In this document: positions 39,066 to 52,700 of the stretch, piece after piece
Layout of the letters: the number at the start of each line of letters is the position of its first letter
How positions within the stretch are numbered: position 1 is the stretch's first letter
Source: Octopus vulgaris
Lineage: Eukaryota
NCBI GenBank assembly: GCA_951406725.2
Contig: OX597830.1
Span: 16,926,001-16,990,000, forward strand
Reading direction: 5' to 3'
DNA: 64,000 nt
The notes under the pieces: model-generated
Told to the model about the DNA's origin: nothing
What the model saw: the letters and a program-made list of their open reading frames with translations, nothing else
The model's database searches: none
Program-made: the position numbers and the translations under genes

Positions 39066-39669
39066 CTTATATACTATAGGCATTTGTTATCTTTTACTGC
39101 TACATGTGTATTAGTGCTACTAATAGCCAGTTAGCTAATATTGTGAGCTAACGCCATACATGTTAAGTCACATGCAAACAAGAAATGCGTAAACGATACG
39201 TTTATATGCTTTGGTTCTCTGCTGTTAAATTATGGGTTTGTTTCAATGTAAGGAATCGTTGGCGCTAGTTTATTTAAGCGTAGAATTTTTAACCACCCAC
39301 TTTGAATCCCCTATGCTTTTCTGTTAAAATAAAAATAAAACAAAAAGCAACATTTCGGGTTTATATGTTTTCAGTATGAAAAATTCAAAAACCGCTTTTT
39401 TTTTTTTTTTAGTCAAGCGATGCAGGCATGGGTGAGGAGTAAATAAGTTCGCTTTGCAACCGCGTGGCTGCGGGTTCAAACCCAAACCCATTGTGTCGGC
39501 ACCTAGGATATCTTCTACTATAGACCTGGGCCGACCAATGTGAATTTATGAAGTTTTTTATTTTCATATATAACATATAAACATGTATATCTTTTAGAAT
39601 GTTGTCATTTTATAAGATTTTACTGGTAGATGTTTGAATTACTATAAACATTTATTTATAAGAAGGAAA

Positions 39670-40081
39670 GGATCTTTTCGGTTTCAACGGCAGTTTTTAA
39701 CATAATTTCTAGGTAACTAAAAAATGTTAAACTTCGTATACTGGTAGAATGTGTTTATAAAACATCTTTTTCTCTTGGCTTTATTGAGAAAATTCTATAG
39801 TTTGTAAGATATTTGGTCTTTAATTTCTTCAATTTCAACCAATCACTGACGTCTATTGAGGTAAACAACATTCTGTGCCGTATGAATATGTCCCTCGTTT
39901 AAGAAACAGATTGGGTTTATTTACATTTGCGAAGAACAAATAGATACCCTTCCCCCACCCCTAACCAACCCTAACCCTAAAACAGATTGAAATGCAATAG
40001 ATCGATTCTAGGGTCATAATTATGGGTGACAATTTCATATGACACCGCTAGAAAAAACTGCCGTTCAAACCGAAAAGATCC
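39670..40081. mobile_element. MITE family 1 (inverted relative to the 38647 copy)
   Basis: Both TIRs present. Confidence 0.9.
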
Positions 40082-41842
40082 TGCTGGCCTTGTGCCAACA
40101 TTTGAAATCAATATTTTAGAGTCATTTTTTTTCGCATCTTAAAATAAGATATAACCAAAGCTTATCTGTACGCCTTTACCCAAAACGAAATTATGTCAGA
40201 TATATGACTCTCCAATAATAGGATTATTAAAATGTCGAAACGCTGTTAAAGCTGTGTGTCTTTACAAATATAGTTTTTTTTAAAGTGTGCACTTGAATTG
40301 TATAAACGCATATAAATGTTCAAGGGTACATCAGCGCAATACTTTCATTGGTTTGAAAGCCAATAGAGCTTATTACAAGATGTTTTTTTTTTTTTTTTTA
40401 TCCATATAATTAAGATATAATTACATTTATACAGCAACTGGACTGAGAATTCTTATTGTTTTTTTAACAGTACATTTCATATCGCTGCTTAGCGACCTGA
40501 CAGAAGCGTGCGCCGGGCAAACTATTTACTCTTTTACTTGTTTCAGTCATTTGACTGCGGCCATGCTGGAGCACCGCCTTTTAATCGATCAAATCGACCC
40601 CGGGACTTATTCTTTTTTTGTAAGCCCAGTACTTATTCTATCGGTCTCTTTTGCCGAACCGCTAAGTAACGGGGACATAAACACACCAGCATCGGTTGTC
40701 AAGCAATGCTAGGGGGGACAAACACAGAGACACAAACACACACACACATATATATATACATATATACGACAGGCTTCTTTCAGTTTCCGTCTACAAAATT
40801 CACTCACAAGGCTTTGGTCGGCCCGAGGCTATAGTAGAAGACACTTGCCCAAGGTGCCACGCAGTGGGACTGAACCCGGAACCATGTGGTTGGTAAACAA
40901 GCTACTTACCACACAGCCACTCCTGCGCCTATTTAGCAGCATTTCGTCTGTTTTTTTTTTTCACGATCTTGGTTCAAATTCCGCCGAGGTCGACTTTGGC
41001 TTTCATGCTTTCCGGGTCGATAAAATAAGTACCAGTTGAACACTGGGATCGATGTAATCGACTTTATCCCCTTCCCCAAAGTAGCTGACCTTGTGCCAAA
41101 ATTAGAAACCATTACTACTACGACTACAAAGGGCAGAATCGTTAACACACCGGACAAAATGCTGAACGCTATCTACTCTATCTTTACGTTCTAGGTTCAG
41201 ATTCCGCCGAAGTCGGCTTTTCCTGTCATCCTTTCGCGATTTATAAAATAATTTTACCATATTAATAATTCCACGCAAAAAATCAAAGGTTTTTTTTTTT
41301 GTGAAAATTCCGGGGGCGTGGGGGGTAGCCCCCACCCCAACCCGGACCAATTCCGAACCAAAATATGGGATTTGCAGCATATTACGAGGTCAGGGTACTT
41401 GATTCCACGCAAAAAATCCGAGTTTTTTTTTTTTTTCTTAATGAAAATCGTGCGGGTGTTACTCGAAAATTTTACCAAAATAATTATCAGTTGAGTACTA
41501 GGGGTCGATACAATTAATAAGCCCCCACCACAACCTCCACATACACATATACACACCAAAAACAAAAATAAATTTCAGCCCTTGTGTTTATAGTAGAATT
41601 ACTATTATGCTTGATATTACAATGGTGAGCTGACAGAATTGTTTAAGCGTCGGAAAAAATACCTTGTATTTATTCCAGCAATTTACGTCTATAGTTCAAA
41701 TAGCGCCAAGATATATTTTGTCTCTCAACCCTTCGAGGTCGATACAATAAAATACCTGTCAAGTGCTGCAGTCGATGAAATTCTAACAACCGCTTAGCCT
41801 CAAATCACTGGTCTCGTGACTAAACCGCAAACCTTTATTAAT

Positions 41843-42208
41843 TACTAGCACTATGACCCGGCAACGCCGGGTATTAGTGCTACTGCATGCATATACAGCT
41901 GCGTACGTGCGCACATACACGCGGGTACTGTCCAAATCTCCGACCAATCACATACAGCTAGCTGGCATTCAATTAGCGTATCAAGTTTCGGGCATTTTGA
42001 TTGGGTTTTGGAGAGAAAATTCACAAAAAAGTCACTTCTATTGATTTTTTAATGGCTTTGCGGGGTGACTGGGGAAATGTAAAGATGTGCACGGCCACCC
42101 TTGGACGGTTTTGAATGACCATAGAAAGTGCAAGCCCTCTAACTGAAAAATTGTGGATTTGTATAAAGGACACACACACAGACATTTTGCCGTTTATATA
42201 TAGAGAGA
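41843..42208 (+). mobile_element. Helentron/HINE-like element
   Basis: TACTAGC start, perfect hairpin ACCCGGC-AAC-GCCGGGT, (CA)n tract and TTTATATATAGAGAGA end. Confidence 0.65.
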
Positions 42209-42563
42209 CGTTGGTTTGTGTCGGCGGATTGGCAGAATCTTTAGTGTTCGGAAAAATATCTGGCGGTTATTTCTTCCGACTCTTTAACGTTTTGAGTTCA
42301 AATTGCGCCGAGGTCAAGTTTACTTTTTAATCTGCCTGGAGTTGATAAAATAAAGTACAAGTGCTGAGAACCGATAGAATCGACAAACATCCTCTCCTCA
42401 AAACTGCTGGTTTTGTGCTCAAATTAGAATCAGTTATGTTCTGTTGTTACCGACTCTGGACATCTGGTTTTCAAAACATGAATGTCCGAGGACCGCATTA
42501 AAAAATACTTAGAAGTTAGTGAAGACGGGTAAAAGCTGACGTCTAAACCAACATTAAATTCTT

Positions 42564-42987
42564 GGCAATCTTTCGTCTCTAGTAGACCTTTCCGTCGATT
42601 TCCGTAAAAAAAATTTTTTTTTACATATGGGCTTGCGGGAACTTTTGAAGTAATGAGAGCGAAAGAGACTAAGAGAAAGCGATTTTATGACGAGGGAAGT
42701 TCTTTTGAAGTTACCGTGCATGGCAAGCATTGATGTATATGTGTGTGTGTGTGTGTGTTTGATGGGGTGTGGGAGACAGACAGTATGTTGTGTAAGTGAA
42801 GTGCTTCTGTTAGTGTGTGTGAAGAGACAGAGTAATGTGTGAAAGAAAGAGATAACTGAAAATTTTTACTCGGTGTATGTGTATATGTATGTATATTACT
42901 TCAAAAGTTCCCGCAAGCCCATATGTAAAAAAAAAATTTTTTTTTACGGAAATCGACGGAAAGGTCTACTAGAGACGAAAGATCGCC
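42564..42987. mobile_element. MITE family 2, second copy (opposite orientation)
   Basis: Same long TIRs as 36232-36646. Confidence 0.92.
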
Positions 42988-43639
42988 AAGGCCTCAGAAA
43001 TGAAAAGATCCGAGGACAATTTTCAGGGCATTCCTTCGACAAAATCAAAGCATTTCACTTCGGGTATTTCCGTGGGTTGTGGAGTATAGATACAACGAAA
43101 TTATGCCAGCAATGTCTCTTCTTGTATATTTGTTCTTACCTGTTTCATGTGTGTATGTAAAATCCGCAAAAATTCCAAGCAGAAAACAGAATCGAACTGT
43201 CATTTGCTTCTACGGAAATAGCCGAAGTGAAATGTTTTGATTTTGTCGAGTTAATCGAACGAATGCCATTTTCAGTGCAGTATAAGAATGAGAATGTTTA
43301 AAATATCGACATGACACCATTATTCTAGATACTAAACTTTTTCTTTTTCCTCATCAAAATTCTCATTATATCATCATCATCGTTTAACGTCCGTTTTCCA
43401 TGCTAGCATGGGTTGGACGGTTCGACCGGGGTCTGGAAAGCCAGGAGGCTGCACCAGGCTCCAATCTGATCTGGCAGTGTTTCTACAGCTGGATGCCCTT
43501 CCTAACGCCAACCACTCCGTGAGTGTAGTGGGTGCTTTTTAGGTGCCACCGGCACAGATGCCAGGGTAGGCTGGCAACGGCCACGATCGGTTGGTGGTTT
43601 TTACGTGCCACCAGCACGGAAGCCAGTCAAGGCTTCCGT

Positions 43640-44030
43640 ATAAAAGAAATATTCTAACATGATTAGATATAGACTTTTCGATAGCATAGATCTCTGCTAT
43701 ACGCTCAAGTTCACACAAATTTTGAGAAGGATTGTAGACAACAGCACTTGAATGATACTTATATATTATCGACCGGGAAGTTGATCCATCACCACCACCC
43801 ACGTAAAATTTGACATGTTTCGGTAATGTGTACATGAAACTAAGCCGAGCATGTGAATTCTGCGACTCAGTTTCCATTCCTGGTTGTTCGTGCGATTTAC
43901 TAAAAACTAAACTAAATTCGATTTTTCGAGCGTCAAATAGGATATTGCCGAAATTATTTTACAAGTTACGGAGCTTTAAATACCGTTTCGATTGGTATGA
44001 TAGCCATTTATCAAGCCTTATGCGTGGATA
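43640..44030 (-). mobile_element. Degenerate Penelope-like GIY-YIG endonuclease remnant
   Basis: GMETE...SF and YNPSQNLCELERIAEIYAIEKS resemble PLE YNP..K.C.LC..EK..I. Confidence 0.45.
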
Positions 44031-44756
44031 GGTACAAACATTATTGTACAATCAGCAGACATCCAGGAATAAGACTCCTGATGACAATTGGCGATCAAAC
44101 TGATCGAAAGGTATAAAATAATTTTCTTTAAGAATGAAGTTCGAAGAATTATAAACTCATAAACAACACAGACGTTTCGATCTACTTTGATTTTAGTTTT
44201 TAAAATCAAATAACCAGAAGAAAATGAGAGAATGTGTCCATAGATTTTTTTTATTGTACCTTCCAGTTTTCACTTCTGTCAATCAAGATGAATATCTCAA
44301 GAGATAAGGGCCCGAATCAAACAGGTTTAAATTATTCAAAGTTAGATATAACTCGGCCCTAACATCAGTAATGTGTTTTGGAAGGAGAATAAATTCCACA
44401 GCAACATCACACACACACACAAACAAACATTTCCCACTTATGTCGAAGGTATAGAATAAAAGCTGAATATAATCAAAAGCAACTTCACAATGATCGAAAG
44501 AAATAAATGCAAAATCTACAGATATTGCCAGAGTGCATAGATAGACAAACACAAAAAAAAACACCAGCCGAGGAAAGAAAAAAATGTGTTTATACACACG
44601 CACACAAACACACGGTCTGACGAAGTCGAGTAAACCAAAACTTCTAAGTCACTGTCAACCTTTTCCTTGTAAAAGTTTAATAAACATGTACTCTGCTAAA
44701 AGTAATAAATAAATAAATAAATAAACCTACCGAGAAATCAATCTTTCAGTTTTATG

Positions 44757-45458
44757 TTACATCTACGCTATTTTAATTGACAAAAGTGAAAGTGAATTCT
44801 AAACTCAAAGATTGCCCATTCCAGATAATTGTCGTCACTGCTGATGCACAGTTCGAACTGTAGATCGATGTTTGTAAGGAGATTGTAGACAGGGACAAGC
44901 TACGTGGAGGGGGAAATGCGTTTAATGGTGGGTCTATAAGTGATGATGCACGGTAAGGATGATACACAGTCAGGGAGAAGGGCGAAAAAGTTGGCGGATC
45001 GAAGTAGCTAATTTGAGAAGAGGTTGCTATTGGGGGACCACAAAGCAGAGACCGCTGTAGCACTTTGGAATACGTGGAGAGATGGGGTTGCAGCATGTCG
45101 CATCCTTTTGCTCTTGTTTACATCTACGCTATTTTAATTGACAGAAGTGAAAGTGAATTCTAAACTCAAAGATTGCCCATTCCAGATAAACGCCGTCACT
45201 GCTGATGTACAGTTCGAATTGTAGATCGATGTTTGTAAGGAGATTGTGGGCAGGGACAAGATACGTGGAGTGGGCAGAGAGTTTAATGATGGATCTGTAA
45301 GGATGTCAGGGAGAAGGGCGAAAAAGTTGGCGGATCGAAGGAGCTAATTTGAGAAGGAGTTGCTATTGGGGGACCATAAAGCAGAGACCGCTGTAGCACT
45401 TTGGAATACGTGGAGAGATGGGGTAGCAGCATGTCGCATCGTTTTGCTCTTGTTTACA
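44757..45458. repeat. Diverged tandem duplication, period about 361 bp, with two TACGTG per unit
   Basis: CATCTACGCTATTTTAATTGACA at 44760 and 45121. Unit 2 has substitutions and a short deletion. Confidence 0.92.
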
Positions 45459-46771
45459 TATAAATATGTGATGCAAGTGAAGAAAAGTGTTCTATTACAA
45501 CCGAGCACTAACAGCTGTATCATGCTGGTATGACCGCAAGCATCATCATAACACTACCACTCTAAATACCTTGTAAAAGAAAATACCCTGTAAAATCGAT
45601 ATTCCCCAAATTAAACACGGACTTTACGGTCATCTAAGGCGTGTGTTACACTTCTCGCGTTTGACTCCTATTTTGAGGTTATTTGTAGAGGAGAGCTGGT
45701 GTTTTAAATAAACGTGCATATATAAACAAGTCGCAGTTCAAAATTATCTTGACATTTTCATGTTCTAAAAGATATAGTTAGTGTGTAGGAGTTAACTGCA
45801 ATGTTGGTGGTCTGTAATGGTAAACTGAAAGAGAATTTAGAAAGTAGTGGGAGAGCGAAATTTATGTGTGCTTTATGAAACGAGTATTTCGGGAGTTACA
45901 TACAGTGTGATTTGGAAGCGGGTGCTAAAAAATTTAACTACACAATAAATAACAAAGTGAAAATGAAAAACGAAGTTGTCATTGCAGGAAAAAGAGGCTA
46001 TGTGCATAAATGTTTACAAACGACTTGAGAACGTGGGATATTAAAGCTAGTGGGGGTGGTCAAGTGGATTGGACACAGGAGTTAACATCCCACTACTGTA
46101 TATGTTGAGTCAATTACTAAACAAGGTGTTTGATCTTAATCGATGAAGACATCACTTCATTCATATAAATGTGCCATCAAAACAGCTCAAAACTATTTCC
46201 ATAAATAAATACGTGAACATAATTAGCCGCCGAATCTTTTAATGAAAGCAAAAACCAAATTTAACGATAAGGTTTTTACTATTGCGTAAGAAAACAAGGA
46301 AGAAATCGTACTAAAAGAATCGACACGAGATTCAGAAAGGATTATTGGTGAATAACATGGAATCAATATGGAATTTCTAATTCACAAATATTTAAAGAAA
46401 TCGACAGAAGATGAATTACGAATACCGATTGTTTGATACACAGAAGAAAGAGAAAAAATAGTCAAGCGAAATCACAACAAACAGCCACTCACTAGCGTTT
46501 AAGACTAAGCAAATGTGTTATATAGCAAATGTTGTTATTCTGGAAATACTCCAAAACAAATGAATGACTGAGAAAAAGCTAATTTAATTTGCGTTTTAAA
46601 AATAATTCAACGGGCAGCTAACATTATATAGCTTCTATTAAGGAAACTAATTTAGTCGAATAGGTGTTGAGGTGTCTTATAAAGTAAACTAAACTGGATT
46701 GTTGTTGCGTCTATGGCTTGTTTAAATATTAGCCGAGTTTAAAACCGGCGACAGGTCTTTCTCGCTCGACA

Positions 46772-46825
<54 letters not shown>

Positions 46826-47057
46826 GTGTGTAGAAGAAAAAAACATCACACGAGCTTGTCTGTCTGTAATCGTTGTCTGATTCTCTAGAAATAGTGAGAC
46901 TACAGTCATTTTTTAGTGGCAGTGAACTGTCAGCATGTTAAATCTACTAACCGGAACTATATTATTGTTCTACAGCAATTGCAAAGTATATGACGAAATA
47001 GGAGAGAAAATAAAATTAAACTGGTAAAATTTTTTTTTACGTTGTTTTAATATTTAC

Positions 47058-47165
47058 CTGAGCGGATATCAGTCTCTGGGCTTGTGGATCATCGTATGGA
47101 AGTCGTGGAACTTTGGATAAAGGAAACTTGTAGCGGTGCGGTGGGTCTACTGCTTCTGCTGCCAT
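47058..47165 (-). CDS. HIF1AN: HIF1AN/FIH-1 coding exon 1 (MAAEAVDPPHRYKFPLSKVPRLPYDDPQAQRLISAQ)
   Basis: Hand translation gives 36 codons from ATG at 47165 to donor CAG|GTAAAT (phase 0). Resembles the human FIH N-terminus [27 protein letters not shown]. Absent from the ORF track because it is short. Confidence 0.9.
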
Positions 47166-47477
47166 CGTTTCGAACGTAATTTAGAATGAAGCCGTAACTG
47201 CTTTCTCTCCCTCAGCCGACCACCACAGCACGATTCCCACCTAGAAAGACACTTGAAATCAACAACAAAAACAAGAGCAGGAAGGAGGAGCGGCAAGAGG
47301 GGAAATCAGGCTTGAAGTAGCAGCAGCAGGAGCGGAAGGGAAAAAGAACCAGCCTCGGTTTCATTGTTATTCGGTCACAGGACTCTCACTGTAAACACAA
47401 CTTACAAATGACACACACACACACACGCAAAAAAAAAAAGAACAAAAACTGGGGTTTCTACACAGATTCATGAATGA

Positions 47478-47493
47478 ACGTGCCCTTCACGTA
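47478..47493. promoter_or_regulatory. Inverted pair of HIF-response-element cores (ACGTG-CCCTT-CACGT) about 315 bp upstream of the HIF1AN ATG
   Basis: Motifs read directly from the sequence; RCGTG is the HIF/ARNT core. Function is inferred only. Confidence 0.35.
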
Positions 47494-48129
47494 TCTCTCC
47501 CCCGATTAGCCTCTCATCCTTACACTTGTTTAGTTAGTACTATCAAGGTACAAGGTCTTTTTCTCTCGTGTTTCTACTATACTGTGTAAACTTAGGTCGC
47601 TCTAAATCGAGCAGACAGACACATATACCATGCTGGTTGTCGACTTTACGGCTAGACACAACCCACAGATGAGTTGTAGGTATTATCATGCCTCTGCTAT
47701 GCTATGATGTATCGTTTGACAGGCGTAGAGCCAGGAATTATTGTGACAGTCTGGGCAGATTGTACTCTATGTAATTTTCAACTAGCGTTAAATAGAAGTC
47801 AACTCTCAAATGATTCGATTTCGACATCAGGTTTTAATACCCGATATAAAGTACCTTTTCTTCACAATCAGCTTTTAACACTCATGGATGTGGCACAGTC
47901 GCAACGACATCCCATTTCTTATTCTTTTATAAATTTCAGGCGCTGATCCTAGTTAAAGGAAAATAGAATAAATCCTGCAATGTGTGTGTGTGTGCTCGCG
48001 TGTATGTGTGTGTGTGTGTGTAGATATAATTATAGGTATGCCCACACCACACTTTGTTTTTTATTTCATTATTTAGTTGTGGAGGAAGGGCCTGTGTTTG
48101 CGATATAGGCCCACTGGGTCCGATGAAAT

Positions 48130-48720
48130 CGGGGTTAATGTTTATTGTGTACAAGTTAAAAGTTAACGGCAGAATGATATAAACATAGAAACGAAGGAAA
48201 TTCCAGAGGAGTGGCATTCCGCGAAGTAAGGACTGTGAAAAGCGATGAGTACGGGACAATAAAGATGATGAGAGGAGGGGAGACTAATGAGTTTGCCTAA
48301 GTAGAGGTGGTGCGAAACCATCCCAGGCCCGATGAATAGGGAAAATAGAAACGACAGCTGGGGCGGCAGCGTGTTCATGACTCGGGCTGGAGTGTGTTGG
48401 TGAATGACTGGATGCCAATCGAATCGGGAGATGAGGTGGAAGGGAGGTATTTCATTTTTTTTTAATGCAATGTAGAGTGTCTCTATGTGTAACAGCAGCG
48501 TCGTTCCTTTGTGGGTCTCAATTCAACTTATAGTGTAAGTAGTTGATGGGTTGCTAAAAGTATTTTCTAGGTCTGTAAAGGAAGGTCAATCTTTCTGAGG
48601 AGGTTATGTTTGAAGATATGCAATCAGTGATTGTGGGGCGTGGCCACAGTTGTCACGAGGAGTGCAAGATGCGGGGTTGCAGTCAACACCAGGGTAATAC
48701 AATCAGAGGGGCGTTAGACA
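48130..48720 (-). mobile_element. Degenerate CR1/jockey-group LINE 3' part (relatives at 60200-60800 and 62850-62960)
   Basis: SRTHRFSQSLL..PLLWNFL here; LYKDQVKPILEYW.QIWDGA at about 60550; IDVSRAFERVWH at about 62900. Confidence 0.6.
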
Positions 48721-49739
48721 AATAAGATAATGCACAAGTGTTTGTAATTGTTATCTATCGTGTATTGTGCACTTCGTTCTTAAACATTATTAATTGTGGT
48801 CACTCTGTCGCTAAAATGCTGTCAATTGGTATTTACATTTTTTTTTTTCTTTGATATTTTTATCATGGAGAAAATTGCTTTACTTGGTATGGCTTAAAAT
48901 TAATCCAGATTATCGTGCCAAACGTACTCCAAAATTTATCCTTTGCTGAGAAGGAGGTTTATTATCAACAATTATGTCCTTACTACACTCATTGACTCTG
49001 CTAGTTCAGTTTTATAAGCCCAGACACAGCATACTTCCCATCACTCCACAATTAGCTTTATTAACACGAATAGGACTAACTGATTTAAATGCTAAAATTA
49101 TTCTTTTACTGTTTATACAGAACTGAAATGCATGCATTGTCCTTTTATTAATCTTATGTTAATTTTAGAGTTTTTTAAAACCTATGCAGTGGTATTATTC
49201 TTAATTAAGATTTTCATATCATTACTGAATATGGCAATTGCTCACCAGATCTTTATAGCAAAACTTAAATCATTGTTTGCTAATGCAACCAGACCATGTG
49301 TAGCCCCCAAATTCTGTTTCCAAGACCAGCTCAAGGCCACTCCCCTCAGCTGCTCCATTGGCCCAAATACCTGGGAGACAATTGCCAAGGATCACCCAAA
49401 GTGATGGTATGTCATTGTCAAAAGAACACAGCAGATATAAAATAACAGATGTCAAGAGGCAGAGATCAGACGTCAAAGACAGAAAGAGTGACTCGCACTT
49501 CCTCACCTCCCACCAACCCTCCCCTGTGAAAAATGTTTCCCTGGATCTTCTACGCTGCCCTTGGCCTAAACAGTCAGCTCAGGCACCAGCACCCTTTGCA
49601 CCCATAAGGATGAAGAGGCTCAATCACTCACTACAGATTAACTACTCAGATTTGAGTGTAAGAATTAACACTTCCTTCTCCAAGCCTAGATTCGAAACCA
49701 AATCCAAGAATTCTCGGTCGTTCAAACCACAACGATCAA

Positions 49740-52700
49740 CAGGCATGGAAAAAGGTTTTCTTTGTCCTGTCAAAAATTGATTGATCACCTCCCATTGACC
49801 TGCGACCTCATTATGTCAGGCGAAGTTCAACTGGACAGGCGCTGACCTATTTAGGTACAAACTCTGCTGCAGTATGTCTGTCTTTCTAGCTGCCACAAAT
49901 ATTATAAAACCGTGGTGAAACAAAAGAGGCAGGCCGACAGACGAGATAGTCCACCTACACAAGGCTTTGGCAGAGACCGAGAGGAATGTTTCAAAGTGCT
50001 ATGCTCGACTACTGTTTCAAATGATCAACGCACACACACAAACATATTCATTCCTAATATGACTTCCACGAATGTACTCTGTATTTCTAGCAACTCGTAG
50101 CAGTTGCCTACATTTTGTATGTAGTGTACCTATAATGAATCAAACATTGTAAATAAATTCTTTTCAATTATGGATCGGTTTACGTATTTGTTTACATACA
50201 CATTCCATTTGCATCTATGTTCATTGATATACATATAACCACTACATGAGTTAATGCCACTGCCACCAAAGCAAACAATGAAATTCCTACACTTCCCAAA
50301 TTTGCTGCAAAATTTCAAGTCCATTGCAACAAAATCAAGATGGCTTAATTTTTTTCTTTTTCGTTTTCAATCATCCAACACCAACTGGTGATGCTGAGTT
50401 TCCTCCATCTATTGCATTCTTGCACCACATTCATCAAGACACCGTCATGTAGTCCAACATCTCCCTTAATGATTTTCTTTAGGATCAGGTTCAGGTGACC
50501 ACATCTACAAGTGACATTGGGGGGAGCATAACAGAACTCTTGTAGCAGCTTCACTGTGTTTCATTTACATATCCAGCAAGAACTAGACAACACTTTCTAA
50601 TGACAGTTGAAATCTTCAGAAGATGCCCATATAAGACTTTGTTAGTCGTGTGCGACTACCAAGAGATGGCAAAACTGCCGCAAATGCAGTGTAGTCTTAC
50701 TTGATTCCAACAGAAGTATTTTGTGATGTTCGCTCTTTCAGTCGAGAATTTATTGGCAAAGAAGTTTATGAGCTACTATCTGAGGCCTGCATTGAGTCTA
50801 GTATGTCACCTACAAAGAATAGTAACAAAAGATGAACTTAACCATCACAAGAAATAATTCTGCGTTTATTATTCTTCAACTATAAATTTGTTCATTGATT
50901 TAGATACACACTTCCACACATTGATGCTATAATCATTAAGTTTTTCTGCATGCAATTTTTTCTGTACCTTCAACTGAAAAGGTGTACATCATAGGCACAG
51001 GACTGGTTGTGTGGTAAGTAGCTTGCTAATCAACCACATGGTTCTGGGTTCAGTCCCACTGCGATAGCCTCGGGCCAACCAATGCCTTGTGAGTGGATTT
51101 GGTAGACGGAAACTGAAAGAAGCCTGTCGTATATATGTATATATATATGTGTTTGTGTGTCTGTGTTTGTCCCCCTAGCATTGCTTGACAACCGATGCTA
51201 GTGTATTTACGTCCCCGTCACTTAGCGGTTCGGCAAAAGAGACCGATAGAATAAGTACTGGGCTTACAAAGAATAAGTCCCGGGGTCGAGTTGCTCGACT
51301 AAAGGCGGTGCTCCAGCATAGCCGCAGTCAAATGACTGAAACAAATAAAAGAGTAAAGAGTATCATAAAATACTTCTGTTGGAATCAGGTAAGACTACAC
51401 TGCATTTGCAGCAGTTTTGCCATATTCCTTCTAGCTTTGCAAATGGTGCTGCCTATTTCCAGATGACTAATGATAAAGTTCTAATGGAAAAGAATTTTAA
51501 AGACATTTTTCCCCTCCCTTGACAATATAGCAGCATGTAAAAGAGACAACATTGAAAAGTCCTTGAACATTTGTTGAAACCAAAACTTAACAGAGAATGA
51601 TTCAAGATCTGTCATTTCAGCAAGATCTATCAAAATATTTGGCTATTGTAATTGGAGCAGCATTGTTCATTCTGATCCTGAGACTACATTGTTGGCAAGA
51701 GCCGCTACTTCCACCAAATCTTGGGTCACTCTAGGCATGTTTTGTATATTATGCAAAATGCATCCATAAATTCTCAGAGAAAATCAGAGCCTTGGCAGAA
51801 ATGCAGTCATATCCTCTCAGTCAAAGAACACTTAACGCCTTTAATGCTTTGAAAAAGGAAATACAAAATGTCATCTTAGCACTTTCATTGTATTAATGTT
51901 ATGCATTTGATGTCACAGTTTTAGCTATTCTAAATCAAAGAGACAGACAAGTGGTTTTCATATAAAGAACTGACAACAAACATTACTATATTCCAATAGA
52001 AAAGAAGCCTCTGCTCTTATCAAGGCTATTTAAAGTGAAATTATATTGGACATGATTTTGCTCTCATTACTAATAAAAAGCCAGTTGTTTTTATGTTAAA
52101 TAGGAGAAAATACATACAAACAAAAAGCTAGGTACAGCAATAGTATATAAAACTTGCATTTTTTTCTGCCACTATCAATTATATTCATGAGAAAGGGACA
52201 ATGTTATTCCTAATGCACTGATGTATGCCAAATTATCTGAAATACATAAAACGTTGTGTCACCCAAGGATAATAAAAATGCTTAATTTTGTGTAAGCTAA
52301 AATACAAAATCTACCTTTCTCTACAGATGACATTAAAAAGACCTGTTCTTTTTGTCAACAGTATGCTGAAATGAAACCTTAATTCTTTGACTTTCAAGAA
52401 AGCACTCTGATCAAGGTTATTCAGTCTCTGGAGCATTTTAACGTTGACTTCAATGGACCATCAATATCATTGTTATCTCACAAATATCTCTTTGAGGCCA
52501 TTAATAAACTCTTAAGTTTTCCTATTGTGATACTTAGTCTGAATAATTTCTGAAATTGTTATGAAGTGTTTAGATCAAATCTTTGCGTTAAGTGGCATTG
52601 CTAGATGCATCCATCAATTCACTCTATATCAGCATTTTTTCTGTTAGTTGTAGCATCTATGAAAATTATGCTATCAAATTTTTTGGTTGCCATACCCCAT

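Noticed and set aside
45780-46680. Possible old RTE-like RT remnant on the plus strand
   Set aside because: Only faint motif resemblance; too degraded to call.
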